Made by a program: the position numbers and the translations under genes
From: Amoebophrya sp. A120
Lineage: Eukaryota; Protista; Dinoflagellata
Length of the DNA: 64,000 nucleotides
Direction: 5' to 3'
NCBI GenBank assembly: GCA_905178155.1
Contig: CAJINV010000008.1
Location: forward strand, 2,046,001 to 2,110,000
The notes under the pieces: generated by a model
Told to the model about the DNA's origin: nothing
Databases searched by the model: none
What the model saw: the letters and a program-made list of their open reading frames with translations, nothing else
Shown: positions 1 through 13,762 of the stretch, one piece after another
How positions within the stretch are numbered: position 1 is the stretch's first letter
How the letters are laid out: each line of letters begins with the position of its first letter

Positions 1-3000
1 AGACGTGCTGCCGGGACATTGTCGGCAACTGCTGCTTCCGCAATTGTCCGGGACAGGTACTGGACGGCTGCGTCGGTTGCGCTTCAACGGCGTGCAACGC
101 GACCCGTACCGGGTACCGAGCGGCCCGTTCTTGGGCCGGCCGGGGGCCCTGCATCCGCGGGTCCGGCGCTTTGGGTTGCCGTCTGTGTGATAGTGCTGGC
201 AGAGCCGGGTTGCATTTCTGCGAGCAAGGAGTTTTCTCCGTGCTCGGGGCCCTGGCGTACATCACGGGCGTGGGTGTCACCTACGCTGGGCAGTCATGCG
301 AGCTCATGGGGAGGGGGGCCGGGTACTGCTGCTGCAACGTCTGCAGGCAGGCGCAATTGATTGGACAAGGCTGTGTGCGGGCGGGTGCGTGCGTTGGCAA
401 GGAGTGTGTGAAGTGCGGCGTCTCGGCAGGCAGGACGGCCACGGCCGTCGCGGTCGGCGGATCCAGTGCCCCGCCCTATCAACTGCAAAAATGTGTGGGT
501 CTGGAAGATTGCCAGGTTTGTCATGCATATTTTGAATGACCCATGATGTCTGTGATGCATGCCCTATCATCACAGATTTTAAGAACAATTTGTGATGCCT
601 CTACCGCATGAGAAATGCCCTCTCCGCGTAGCACAAACTGGAGCCCTCCTGCTGGTCATGCAACACAAATTTTTTTAGAATCCAGAGACAGCATTACTTC
701 CAGACCCAGACATATTTGCAATGCATACGCCCCAACAGCAGACCATGAACGACGGTGGCGCGCAAGCGACATCAGGGGCGCCCTCGCAGCAGACCGACGA
801 TTGGGGACTTCGGCCGGACGAACAGCCCGGCTGTTGGCCCTGCGTATGGAGTTCTCGCCACATCGAATGGACGGGGCGACCGAGCACGCCGGCAGCCGAG
901 GCGCCAAACGGCTCGGCCGTCGTTTCGGGACTGAAGGAATGTGGACGAAAATGGTGCCCGGCCGGAGTTCTCGGAAGCTGTTGCTGTCCTGCCGTCGCTT
1001 GTTCGGCCGCGGTTCTTGCTGATGGTTCCAACCTATCCTATTGAAAATTGCTTTCGCGCCCTCGTCCTCCCCCAAGAAGAAGACAAGTTTATTTCACTTC
1101 GTATGTAATCGAAGATGATCGATGTTGTTCTCGGATTATAATATCTAGGCTGTCGAGCTGGTGTTGACAGGCCATTTTTTGAAACTGCGACACGGGAGGT
1201 AAGTACTTCGCTCTCGCTCACATTGCGTAGGAGTGACAGCTTGTATACTTACTCCAGAGGGCAACATCATGCAGGACATACAGCTGCAAGGACTTTATTT
1301 TCCAATCCTCGAGAACAGCGGCTGTTACGTGTTGCAGTTACTAAATCTGCTTGCCATGCGATGAATATCTTCAAAGTGTTTTTTCCAGTGGGTGGTGGCC
1401 GGGGGATGCGCCTTTCTTTTCGATACACCCTTGCTCTACGCATCGGAAACGGGGCGATGGCCTTCGCCGGGACGAGCCTGCTTGTGCTGCTGAAAGGGCT
1501 TCTTGGTCTGGTAGACGTGATGTCCAGGATCTTGTGGCCGCTGACGAAGTTTGCCAAACTGCTGCTAACTGCTCTCTGGGTGGTCATCGAATTATTTGTG
1601 GAGCTTATCAAGGACGGCGGACGTGGACTCGTGTCCATTTTGACGAAGGCGTACGCCGTACTGTTGAAGGGCTTCGTCTTTGCCTGGAATTATCTCGCCG
1701 CTCCTGCCGCACAGTTTATGCATTGCAAATATGTCTGGGTCTGGGACGAGAGCAGGGCGCGACTTGGACCGTCGCATTCACATGTTCCTGAATTCTGTAA
1801 TGCATGCTGGGGAACGGGCGCACCGCAGCCGCAGGAGCACTGCTTCTGCTTCTGTGTCTCTGTCGTGACGCAAAATCGCAGTTTTTATTCATTTATCATG
1901 CGCGTTATTTAGATTTACCGAGCGATTGCTTGAAAAAAAATTGTCATGCGTAGGCACGTGGTACGGCAGTCAGTTTTTTATCCAGGTGTGAGGGGAACGA
2001 CAGCTTTCCAGACCCAGCCATATTTGCAATGTATACGGTGCTTTTGGAACAACGTTCTCCATCCATTATGGCAAAACATTCTCGTCCCTGTTGGAAACTT
2101 CTTGGGTGTCCAGGTGACCCGGTTGGGGAGTGCGATCGTCACAGGGTGCACGGCAGCCTCGCGCTGCGTTGGGGGAGCCGTGAGTGCCGTTGCGAGAGGT
2201 GTCGCTGCTGCAGCCGGAGCTGCATGCAGATCCCTTGGCAAATGCCCGCGCACCGCCGCTGTGACTTTCGTCTTGCTCGGAGCTGGTGCTGTCTACGAGG
2301 TTGCCACTCACACCGGGCATCACCAGTCGCAACTGCAGATGGAGGCCGACACGGTGATCATCCAGCGGCTCCCGCCTTTGACCACATACCACAAGGAGGT
2401 GGGTGCCACATCAGGATTCTCCTGGAGCGAGCTTGATGAATTGTCTGAGGACGCGAAATTTCAAACAGACGCGTTGATGTCCCAAGACGCACCAGCTCGC
2501 CGTCCTTCGAGCGGAAGAACGGCTTCCCGCCTGCCGCAAGCGGTGAAAAAAGGTCACAAGTTGCGCGGTAGTGCAGCTAAGGCCACGGCGGCTCGACGTG
2601 CAGCAGGAGTTCGCGGCACAAAACGAAACACGAAGGCTTCTACGAACAAGACGAGGATCGTGAAAGAGAATAAGATTCGCCAGGAGCTGCAGGCTCGTCG
2701 TGGCGAAAAGAAGACCGAGATCGAGAAAAAGAAAGTGAATACCCTCGGTAAAAACGTCCGAAGCCCAAATTGTGAAGTTTTTTTTTATCTTTTCCAGTAC
2801 ATACACACCCCCTAGTGGAGATTGGAAAATTTAGAAATTTTGGCGCTCACGCATGACATCAAAGACGGGTGTGCAGCATAGTCTAGTGAATAAGCATCAC
2901 TGACCGAGCCTCTCATCCTGATTAGAAAGCACTAGCAAATCTTCCAAGACGACTAGAAAACGCCACTTATGAAGACCTGCATGAGCAGGAGAAACATACT

Positions 3001-3489
3001 GAGCATGCAGAGCTGCATGACAAACCAGGGGTGCGGACGTTTTTACTCAGGATACTGAAGACGGAAAAGCGCCGTGGTCTACCTCGTCGTGGCGGCAGCA
3101 GCAGAGCGCGCACGAGCAGCGACAGCGAGGACGTGGCGCAGAAGCAGAACGAAATTGCGAACGCCGGCGTGACGGAGGCGTACTATGCGAACCAGGTGCG
3201 GATGATTGTGAAGGAGAAAAACGCTGGGCGCTCCGAACTGCGTCGCCGTGGTAGCGGACGCGATAAAAAAGCCACGGGGAGCGGTCCTGACCCAAACGCC
3301 GCAGCTGAAGCTGTTCAAGAATTCCAGAAACTCCCGAGCAACAGCTCTCAATGGCGGGACATCGCTGGGGTATTCGGTTCAGAGTGGCAGGAGCCGGGGG
3401 GGGGGGACCAAGCAACCAGCGGTCCTCGTGGTCCGCAGGCTTCCACTTCCCGAGGAAGCAACTCGGCCGCGGAGAAGAAGGACAATTGA
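1..3489 (+). CDS. Cys-rich predicted membrane protein, 5' end outside the window, 4 non-canonical introns
   Basis: Frame open from base 3 (TCCRDIVGNCCFRNCPG...). ORFs 171-539, 721-1044, 1223-1912, 1946-2815 and 3031-3489 join in frame after removing elements at 477, 1034, 1717 and 2740 plus 5 nt each. Hydrophobic segments and a basic C-terminal half; no recognisable family. Confidence 0.7.
477..727. mobile_element. Introner, family A (TIR tatcaa.tg.aaaaatgtctgggtctggaag)
   Basis: About 31-bp imperfect TIR; direct repeat CGCCC at 472-476 and 728-732; join gives SAPP|QQQT. Interior is the reverse complement of the 41862 copy. Confidence 0.92.
1034..1425. mobile_element. Degenerate introner (TATC...GATA)
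   Basis: Flanks CAACC/CACCC; TIR weak beyond 4 bp; removal of element+5 gives GSNL|ALRIGNG in frame. Confidence 0.55.
1717..2035. mobile_element. Introner, family A
   Basis: tatgcattgcaaatatgtctgggtctgg ... ccagacccagccatatttgcaatgtata; decayed flanks CAGTT/CGGTG; frame restored (APAAQ.FWNNVL). Confidence 0.88.
2740..3054. mobile_element. Introner, family B (TIR tatcct.tgtaaaaacgt.cc.caccc)
   Basis: taccctcggtaaaaacgtccg ... cggacgtttttactcaggata; flanks GTGAA/CTGAA; join KKVK|TEKRR. Confidence 0.88.
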
Positions 3490-5689
3490 GACCAAGCTAC
3501 TCATATCAGAAATGTCCTTCTTGCTGATGGTGCCTGTGGTTGATGTATACATGCAAGGAATTCAATCATCCGGCCTAAGGCCCTTATTTATGATACAGGC
3601 CATCAAAGCTGCTGCCTTTGCAGCTGCGGAGCGGAAGAAAATTTTTTTCGATACGCATTGCAAATGGAATCGGCAAGTTTCTAATAGCGGCAAGTTGTAG
3701 CGGAGTTGTACAGAAGACTGAGCAGATGCTAAAGATGAAAGAAACTAAGTACTACATGTCAACATTGTATAGATACACAGTCAGGATTCATGATCTTCAG
3801 TGACCCAGCACATCGGTGACGACTTTGTCAGTGGTGGATTGTGGTTTCACTGTTGTAACAGTAGTAGTTTTAAATGATGAAGCTGATGGTGAAGCACTTA
3901 TACATTGTGGAAACGCAGATCGCACAGACAGGAACAAAAGTCTGAGCATCTGAATTTCAATCATGCGTATATGACAAAAACTAGGAGGCGTTATACTGCT
4001 AGCTATGGTGCCCTGCACGGCAAAGGAGAGCCAGAACTGCAGACCAAGACCAACTCGAGTGTTTTACTCCGCACCAATATCAACTGTAGGATGGATTCAC
4101 ATTTATGCTACTGCTTGAGTCGGTAGAGTGAGGAAATAATCACTAAATCACGAGGTGCAATTAGCGAAAATTCTGCTATGAGACAGGGAACGGAATACAA
4201 AAAAGGATGTATCAGTTATTGTCTCGGTGATTCATACAAAAAACGATTGTGTTATTCTAAACAGGTACTATGACTCTCACTATGAATGTATGATTGATGT
4301 TTTGCCTCTTTGCTTTTGCTTATAGGCACCTTCTGTAAAATGAAAATGTCCCGAGAAAGAAAGACAAAGATTCTCATTTACAAGTACTACTTCTTATTGG
4401 GTAAATTCTTTAACTTCTGACGTTGTAGTAGCGCGTGCATGTAAAACCGGCATCGACCAGGAGCGTCAGTCTCACCGACATCAAGAAAAATAACGTCGCG
4501 CCCAGCGCGACGCGATTTTTTGTTGATGTGGTGTTTGTGCTTGACGCATATAGAGGGACCAGGAACCAAATCAGACGCAGCATTATCTCCGTGGGTATCT
4601 ATAATAACTTTTGTTGTCCTTGTGTCCACCACATGGATAACTAAGTTACAACCAGCGGGGAATAAGTCTATAAAGCGCTGCCGTTGCAATCTAAAAATGT
4701 GACGAGAACAAATCTGGGGTGAGCAGGTACTAGATATAGAAATGAAGACTTGTCGAAGAAGAAGTAATATCAGGATCAACAGATGAAAGAGATAGCGATA
4801 TGGGTCAAGCACCCAAGTGCATCCTATAGTGGAGGTAGTCGATTAGAAGTTAATTCATTGCCGGTGAATTACGACTCGGGGACGGGTTGTGGGATAAAAA
4901 TGCGTGAGAAATCTCGCCATCCGTATCCGTTTTCTGATTATAACTTCAACTTGGTGATGAATTTGGATTTGCAGCTTCAGAAGCAGGAGCTTCGTGACTA
5001 TATGCGATCTTCACTGGAACTATCCATTGTGTTCCTTCTTCTGCTCCGTAGTACAGCTGGCGAAGCCACAGCAGCATTCTGATGATTTTTGCTTTTTTCT
5101 GGTTATTTGAGTGGTCGTGGCGCTCGGCGGAGTACTTCCGCTCGTCTCTAATTTCAGTCTTCTCGGTTCGATCGCTTTCCTTGTTGTAGCGGACATACGC
5201 CGACAATTCTCCACGTCGTTGTGCTACAGGTGCTAGGTTGTTCTTGTCACTCTTTTGGTAGAAGGGTCCAACTACTTGCAAGACTTCTTGTCTTCGTGCC
5301 TCTTTCACCTCTCGAATGTGCCACGCTTTTCCAACGCACTACATGCAAAAAGGAGCTGCGCGCCGCTGTACCAATTGGCGAGAGGCGCCGCAGTATGATT
5401 TGCTTTCGAGGATTTTTTTATAGAGTTTACACAGTACTTCACACAGTACTTTTTTACACAGCTGTTTTTTTTTTCGCAGGAAGTCATTCTTTTTTTCGGC
5501 AACACGTCATACAAACATTTTTGCGACAGTTGTATGGTGGACGCCGCCATCGCGTCGCTGTAAGGCTCAAAGACGAAGATCCTGGTTCAATTTGCTGCTT
5601 AGCTGATTCAGAAACCCACCATAGGGTGTTCATTTTGCGAATAATATGTTATAACATCATAGATACTTGAGTTGCTACACGAGAACAAT

Positions 5690-8600
5690 ATGAGCGATTT
5701 TGTGAAAAAGGGGTTCATGCGAACAGGTTCTGTAGCGTTTCTTGTCGCAGATTTCTTTCTGTTCGATGGGTGTGCGCTGGACTACTTCGACACCAGCTGC
5801 GCGGGCTGCGGTGTCGTGCGGCATGTCGAGGCAAGATCGTTTCGACCGCTACCTGCCAGCGATCTGCTCGGGCAGCCCGCGCCGGGCCGGCGGGATCATT
5901 TCTTGCGGCAGCCGTTGCTAGAAACGGCGACCCGGGAGGACCAGCCGGGGGGTCCGGACTTGCTGAAGGAGAAGGTGGATCTCGGAAAGACCCTTTTGTC
6001 CGCCTCTCTAGCCAGTACGGCGCTGCCTGCCTCCACGCTCGCCTCGACGGGGTGGACCGACGACGCGGACTTTTACGACCTGCAAGGAACTTTTCGATCT
6101 GATGCACTTCCTTTATTGCCCGTGAGAGAGAGACGGCCTGGTTGTGGAGAGCACACCCAAGAAACCTCAGAGAGTGCTTCGTACGTCGCAACTTGCGAAC
6201 TACCGGGCGGGGAGTCATCTGTCACGGCGCAGCTGCACTCTCCTCGCGACGACCAGCCGGGCTGCGATGCTCGTGGGTCGGCGTCAAAATTCGTATCCGC
6301 GCCAAGATCTTCTTGCGTCAGTAGTGCAAGAAAAACCTCTGGGGCTGCTTCTTCTTTTTCTGGCGGAAAGCAGCAAAAGCAAAAGGTCGCTGTCGCGGAT
6401 CAGCAAGGAGGCCTCCTCCAGGAAGCAAACAAAGAGGCGCTGCGTCATGATCCTACTGACGTGGAGCCACGATCATGTGCGGAGGTCGGTCTACCTTCTG
6501 GAAGTCTACCGGCGGCGGCCGCGGGTTTAGCCTCCTCCTCGGCTGCCGCAGCTTCTTCGAGCCGAGCACCACGTGACGTCGTAGCACGAGCGCGAGGACC
6601 TTCGGCCGGCGAGAGAGTGGCAAATCTGGCCTGCCTCGCAGGTATGACGCTAATGGGGGCGACCGCGTGGTACGCCACGGCCCACCATCTGCGGAGTCCC
6701 TGCACACGACAGGACGACTTTGACCGGTTATCATGTGTGAAAACGTCCCCACCCCAGAGTTGTCATGCAAATCTGCATGCTGACAATGTTTCTCATGCGG
6801 AGCCCCATGAGAAGCATTTTCCATTCGTGTTTTGGAATTTGTCATGCTCCAATCAGCATGATATACTAGATCTGTGATGCTGCTGAGCTAGCTCAAACAG
6901 CACTGCAACATGAGTCCAGATTTGTCATGCGGAACAGCCAAAACTTGTGGATTTGTCTAGCCGACTCCCCATCTTGACTATGGTGTGGGGACGTTTCTAC
7001 ATAGGATACCGGTGGCGAAGCAGTCAAGCGAGCGCGGGGCACGTGGACGGGTCAACACTGGTAACTGCTGCAGACGAAGAACCGTCTTTGGGCGGTACGT
7101 GGGCTGATTTTTATGAAGGTCATGCCGCGCTGCACGACGGCAGAACGAGAGAGGAAGGTGCTCTTCCGAGCGAATATGTTGAGCGACCTTTTTTCACCAC
7201 GCAAAGTGGGCGGGCACCGGAACTCCGGAAAAATTTTCTCGGCAACAGCAGCGATTATACTGCTGGCAGTACTTCTACTACGGGCACAGGGTCGTCCTCA
7301 GCGAGATCCAGCCATGACTTACTTTTCGCCCCCGGCGGCCAGGATTTTCTGTACGACCGGCAGGGGCGTCTCGCTAGGGCCAACGTCTACGTCCTCCCCT
7401 CCGCGGGCCCGGTGCCGTGGAAATCATTCGGCGTGACGGGCAACAAGAAGGACGGTGTTTTTGAAGACTCTGGTCGTGGAGAGCAGGCAACGAGTGTAGC
7501 TTATGAAGACCGTGACAACTCGTGGCAACGAACCTCAGAGGCGGAAAATCATTCATCAAGAAGGACTCACAACAGCGTCGTATGGACCGTCGCCACACAG
7601 CATCATAAGATAAAAAGGGACACACCCCCTGCGTACAGGAAGGAAGAGTTCGATCGGCTGCTTGTCCTCCAGCATCAAGGTAGAGATCAGAACGCGCCGC
7701 GCGGTGCGATCGCGTCCGTGGAGGTGTCTACGGTGCCGGCAGGTGGGCAAGTCGGTCCAGCACGAACCTACGACCGGACCGAACAGCCCGAGGGTTTAAT
7801 ATTCGGCACGACCTGGGTCGATTCCACGAGCGCAGTGCAGCCGCGTGGTGGGGCTGAACAGGTTCAGCGGGAGGAAGCAGCAGACGAGACGGCGCAAGGG
7901 CCATATTATAATTACCAGCACAACCACCACGTCCTTTTGCCGCCGTGGTCCTCTCTTCGTCCTGCTGATGCGCCATCTACTTCGAGAGGACTACCATTCG
8001 CGCCAAGCTTCTCGGAAAATGCGGAGGACACGAGTGCTACCTCTTGGGCCATTGCCGCGCAGAATTTTCACGACAACATCGTTCTCGCGGAGGCGTACGT
8101 TGGAGAGGCGAAGAGGCCTTTGAAGTTCATCATCGACACCGGCTCCTCTGATAACTGGGTGCTGCAGCGTTTTTCACATGAAAAAGCGTCTCCTCCTTGT
8201 CAGCACACTGCGTCGAAGATTAGCTGCAGTAGTGCTGCGCCAGTAGCACATAGTACACATAATTGGATGGAGACAAGGACAACAAATTTAACGCACGGCA
8301 ATGGAGGTGCAAAAAGAGCTCCAAATATGTAGATGCATTCTTTCAAAATCAATACAACTTTGATTTCTTGGCAAAAGGAGTCGCGCGTCTATTGTCCGAC
8401 GGAGCGCACGGCTTCCAGTTGGTAGCGAAGCGTGAGTTGCACATACAACTGCAGACGTCCCATGTGTTATAATACGGATCACTACAATTGTTCGCGCGAA
8501 CAAGCAAGGTAGAGGACGACTGGTTTTGCTTTTATTGCGTTTTCCGGAAGCTCGCTGGGGGGAGCAGGTGCTGCGGAACACCTTCGACGTGAAAAAAGAG

Positions 8601-11600
8601 AGAAGCGAAGACTTCTCTTGTGTCAGGATGCAGGACGAAAAAAAGGACCGGCGCGACGAGGGTATGAAGAACAGAGACAGGCGGGAGCAAGAAAAGCGAA
8701 AACATCAGCCTCCGTTTGCAGAAATTGACATCCGGTACGGAACCGGTGAGATTCGGGGTGAGAACTGCCGAGAGCGACTCGCGCTGAAGCTCAACACAGA
8801 AGCCAGACGAAGAACCGACACGAGTGCTAGTGTAGCCACGTCGCCCGCGGCCTCGCCGGAAATTCCATCCAACCGGCTGCAACTCCCGGATGTCAGCGAA
8901 ATGCTAATGGTATACAGTGTGGACAGCTTCTAAGAAAACGAAAGAAATTTTTTGTCAGAGGGCGTGGTCTTCTTGTGATTCAGGCTGGAATCATTCACGT
9001 ACTTTTTGTTTGCGCAGCTGCATCAGCACTATGCGCTTTGGGTCAAAGTCGAACCGGCATGCGCGGAGAAAATGAAATTTAAATGACTTAGCATGCACTT
9101 GGGCCCATCAATTGCCTTTACTTCCTCTTAAAAGTCAAAGATAAACTTGCAAGGAGTGGAAGGCTTTGCGCTGACGTGATCATCATGGATAGGTAGTGTC
9201 GCAGCTGCTCCTGTCTTGACACGGCGCTCAGAAGGAAGGATCATTTGTGATCATTGGGTCGCACTTGCTCTGAAGCCCGTTGTTCTGACACGAAGTTTCT
9301 CTTGGACAGTGTTATGTTCGAAATGGCGCAAGAGGTGGGCATCAGCGGCCTTCTCGGCCTGGGCCTTCCGGACTTGGCGGCCATTCACGGGGCCAACGCA
9401 TTATCCTGTGCAAAAGTATCGCACTCGTAGTAATCGCAGTCATGCATTACAAATCTCTTTCTTAAGGCAAACCTGCATTACAAATTTCATTTCTAATGCT
9501 GAGGAAATTTGTCATGCGATTTATACTAGTACGATGCTTCTGCATTTCATACGCATCCGCCGACGACGAAAAGACCGAGGTGCTCGTGGAGAAGCTGGCA
9601 CGGATATCAAAGAGAGAAATCTCCCCTCCCCATATCGAAACAAAGTTTCTGATGCTGGATTTGCGTACACAAATCAGGTCTGTATTGCTGGAGAGGACTG
9701 CAGGCATGTGCCAAGCCTGAGGCGAAAGGTTTTAACATAGGCGACTAGCATGACATATGTCTATGCTGTAAGATAAGCAGCATCACAAACCGCCTGCATA
9801 GTGCGGCGGACTCTCTGGCTTTGCCTTCTTGCAAGACAGACAGGATTTGTGGCCACATATTTTCCGACGGATGCGCTTTCAACACGGGGTGGGGGGATTT
9901 TTCGTCGCAATGACGGAAAGTCCGCGAAAGCTCCTCTTCTTCGACGCTGGGCAGGGCAAGGACGGATAGCAAGAACACCACTGCTCGTCTTGAAGATGCA
10001 GCTTCGTCTGCTTCCCCACATGATATCTCGTCGACATCAACAATCGAGCGTGAGCAGCGGAAGCACGAGACAACACCGTCCGACACACAGCGGTTTCTGT
10101 CTCCTAGAAGTAGGTTGTCGAACGAGAAGGAGAAGAACAAGACGAGCGATCACGAACCACTGGATGACGTTCCTGCAATGCGATTTGAACTGCCTTGCTT
10201 CTACACAATTATGCAGGACGAAGTGGGAGCAGGAGGTCAAACAGAGGGGCAAGAGATTGTGATGTTCCCGCAACACAGGTCACAGGTTCAAAACAGCCCC
10301 ACAGGGCCGCAGCGAAGAAGATACGGGCCAGAGAAAACACCAGGGCAAACGCACGAGGGGGGCGGCGAAGGTCCTTCTAGAGGGCGTCACCATGAGTCGC
10401 ATGCTGGTCTTTATTCCGGGGACCAACGCAACCGCTACCGCCAACCGGGCGCTCGGCCGCGGCATTTTCAGGGCCAGGGGACCCTGTCGGTGGGTGCGTT
10501 TCAGGACATTGCCCCGCGAGGGTCCGTTCAAAACCCACAAGTGTTGCCTGTTCTCCCCAGCTGGAGAGCGAGGGAAATGGGGGTAAGAAAGTATGGGAGA
10601 TCTACTTCTCTTGTTCACGCTTATTCCGAATTAAACTTCGCTCTTTGATGTCTGTCATAAATTTTTTTGGGTACTACCTCCACCTGTACCTAGATGCGGC
10701 CCTACAGCACACGTGTGTAAGTACTGGGTCGATCACTTCCCGTACGTATCAACATAAATCGCTCGCGTTGACAGTGCGCACTTCTTTTGAAACAGGCCCA
10801 GCGCAAAAGCAACGCATCCGCCCGCGATGAAAGACCGAAACGGCACGGGCACGGGCTTGATGTCGTTCTGGGCAACGAGAGTCACTTTGCGCCTGCGCAA
10901 AGCCGGGGGCCAAGCGTACGTGACGAGACAAGCCTGCTGAACGCGCCGAACAACGTGTCCGCAGCGGAAGAGGTCAAGCGGCCAGAGGATTCCATGGCGT
11001 TTTGGCTGGTTGATATCGAACAGGTTTGGTGGTCAAATCTGGAAACGGCTAGAGACATCAACCACGAGCACTCGTCCCGCCGGAGCGAGTCTGGCGGTAC
11101 GCAGCACAAGGAGAAGAGCGGGTCCTCCGGTAGCGCAAAGGACGGAGACAGCGGGCGCCTGGAGGACATGTATTAAGTTCTTTGTGAGCCGCCTTGTTCA
11201 TCATTGACGTGATCATGGTTCATACTAGGATAGTACTAGTACATAATGGATCACCAGTGTGATTTTGTCTGTCGAAAAATATATCCAAAACATGATTTTT
11301 TGTATTGGCGATTGTTTGAAGTGTTTGGTGTGCCGTGACTGATAGATAGAGACGCGGTCGACCACCGCGCGGAGCAAGACCTCCAACACGCAGACGCTAC
11401 AGCGCTGAGAAGAGATCTGTTCATCAGCTTCAAATGAAAATATATCAGCCTGGGGTTCTTCGACTCTGGAACGACAATGCTCGTGCTGCCGTACAACACA
11501 TACCGCACCTTCTATCTCTCGAAAATTTGACCATTGGCGCAATTCAAATCTGAGATGTGAGATTGCGGTTTTCTTGTCATGTATGAGCAGCTGTACTGTA

Positions 11601-12405
11601 GCAGCAGAAGCTCTGGCAGTAGCATGAGATGTCGTTAGGAAAGCGAGAGGTCTGATGTTCACTTGGTGAAGTTGTGCTTTTCTCTGCGACTAAGGTCCCC
11701 GAAAGAAGTTGCTGCGGTAGCAGGTAGTGGTGGAAAACATCTGGCGAGTGGCAGTATTTCAACTCAAAGAAAAAGTACCCATGTTTCAACACCACTGACA
11801 TGTCGATCGTGAAATGAGCAAATTTTTCCTTATGTTTGATACGACTCAGCAAGCGTGTTACCCCCACATCCAACTTGAGGACAAGATCGATTACCTCTCC
11901 TGGCCCACACACTGCTGCTACATGAGCGAGGCTCTGAGTCCGGTGCTTCACTTGAAGTTCAGCAAGGAGAATGGGAAGCAACAGAAGGTGTTTTCGCTGA
12001 CGAACAAGCACTACTGCGGGGGCGAAATGGACGCACTGGTGGGGCGGAGCACAGTAGGCAAGAAAAAAGGTGTTACAGTTACACGTTGACTGCTTGACGC
12101 ACCAGGACACGTCGCAACAAGAGAGACAAGAACTTCTGTCATGCCGGAAACGCTCGCAAGCCTCGACGCTTCATGCATGTGTTTATTGTTCGAATCATGA
12201 TCTTGAGCTTGATATTGGTTGTCATTTTCCTTTTCCCATGGTAGACCGAATCTCTCCGATCAAGCTGCCAAAAGAAATGCACCACCGTAACACTTTTTTC
12301 TTGGGATACACAGGTCTGGAAAACGGAATCATTTTAGGGGAGGTCTTTCACCGGGCCTTCCCAGTAACATATCTGATTGAGCCACCCTATCGAGTGGTCT
12401 TGTAA
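5690..12405 (+). CDS. Pepsin-family (A1) aspartic protease with long N-terminal extension, multi-exon
   Basis: First catalytic motif FIIDTGSSDNWV (~8126-8160), flap IRYGTGEIRG (~8729-8760), GLLGLG (~9347), second motif GFFDSGTTMLVLP (~11453-11490), C-terminal IILGEVFHRAF (~12328). GT-AG introns 8159-8567, 10286-10795, 11170-11448; introners at 6729, 9402, 9605; other junctions approximate. Confidence 0.88.
6729..7008. mobile_element. Introner, family B
   Basis: tatcatgtgtgaaaacgtccccacc ... ggtgtggggacgtttctacataggata; direct repeat CCGGT; join DFDR|WRSS; 280 bp; reverse orientation of the 49105 copy. Confidence 0.92.
9402..9551. mobile_element. Short introner (150 bp), B-like
   Basis: tatcctgtgcaaaagtatcgcact ... 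agtacgatgcttctgcatttcata; direct repeat CGCAT; join GANA|SADDEK. Confidence 0.85.
9605..9912. mobile_element. Introner, family C (TIR tatc..aaggaaaaatcccccctccccatat)
   Basis: Direct repeat ACGGA; join KLAR|KVRESS; interior is the reverse complement of the 23379 and 24730 copies. Confidence 0.88.
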
Positions 12406-13762
12406 CTAGAAGCAGGGCTCAGTTTCTCAGTGCTTACAACAATATTTTGGCTAGCTTAGGAGTAAGTGAAAGTCCTTAAGAAGAAGCTCTGTCTGTATAC
12501 AATTTTCGCAAGAAAATTGCAAATCAAATTTTGCAGTTCCTATTTTTTTTCGATCACGAGAATACAAATTGTCACTGCTATTGTGCGGCTAGCGTCGCGA
12601 TTCTGATTTGGTCTGCTCTGTCCGAAAATGAATGCGTTTTCATCTCATATGATCTTTGCAAGAAGTTTGTTGTTTTCAAAACGTATCGATGCGATCTCAT
12701 TTTTGTTGGCGAAGGTCCTGACCTGGCCGTGAGCTTCGGGAATGTAAGCAATGACTACTTACAGAAAGTTTGTTTGCTTTACTGTTTTTGTTTTCGTTTG
12801 TGACCGCTAAATGATTTTATTTCGAGCTACCGGGTAATGTAAGCCTAAGCATTTATTTCGGGTGTCTAGCTTGTGAGCCAGACTCTGTCTTCTGAGAACA
12901 AAGCAAAGGGAACGTGCACGATCATATTCAACGAATCTCACGCAAATATGTTTGATAAATTGCTTTGACGTTAATTGTGTGCAATTGATTTATTAGTGAC
13001 GCTCCGAACTCCTGTAGCCTATTAACAGCGAGAGTTTTTTGGAAGCAGCCTACTTGTTGTTGCATTGGTTGACAAGATTGATAGTTGACCGTCAGCCAAT
13101 TCATGTTCGGTCCTCGTCACAGTCCTATTTTCGTCAGGGCTCGTCAGAGCCGGCGCGCTAGTAGCAGCATCGTGGTCGGTCAGTAAGTGAAAGTTTCACT
13201 CGGTATTGCGTTTACCACATTTATTTCACTTCTCGGTACCTATTCCACATCGCAGAACCTGAAGTAGAACATCCTTCTCGGTAGTTGCATCGGATTGCTC
13301 TCGCTTTGTTTTGTCTTCTGTCTACTCGGTGCTCCCGGCGAGCTGGGTCGGTGTTGATAGTGCTTGTTTACAGACAGGACGAGTTCGCTGCTGGAACTCA
13401 CTGCCCGCTCAGTTGCCTCTGAATTTGCGAATTGTCGTTACTTTCGGTTTTGCCGGCTCCTACGATAATCGAGCACCTTCGTTTGATGACTGCGAAGATA
13501 AAATGGTATCAGCATCAGCTTCTATTGTTTCATATCGTCCATAATGCAGGAACTCAGCGAGGAAAAGCAGAAGACTTCCCTTTTTCGTATGCAAAAAGGT
13601 CCATGGTGTACAGATTCTGTTGAGTGCATTTTGTTGTTTTTAGAATTGTGGTCGTAAGTAGGGTGAGATTTCCTTCGGCGACGTCGGCTAGATCACAGTA
13701 AAGACTTTTGCAGAAGCAGACCCGGGGGGCTAGCCTCGGCCGCCCCGGGGGTTGAAAGTAAG

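Noticed and set aside
3490-5670. Several 60-150-aa ORFs in the AT-richer interval
   Set aside because: No motifs or coding-like codon bias; treated as intergenic, as were most of 12406-13760, 29500-31400 and 56950-58500.
11423-11449. Apparent 21-nt micro-intron or TGA readthrough between ATCAGC repeats before the DSG motif
   Set aside because: A canonical GT-AG intron 11170-11448 removes it and gives EDILGFFDSGTT.
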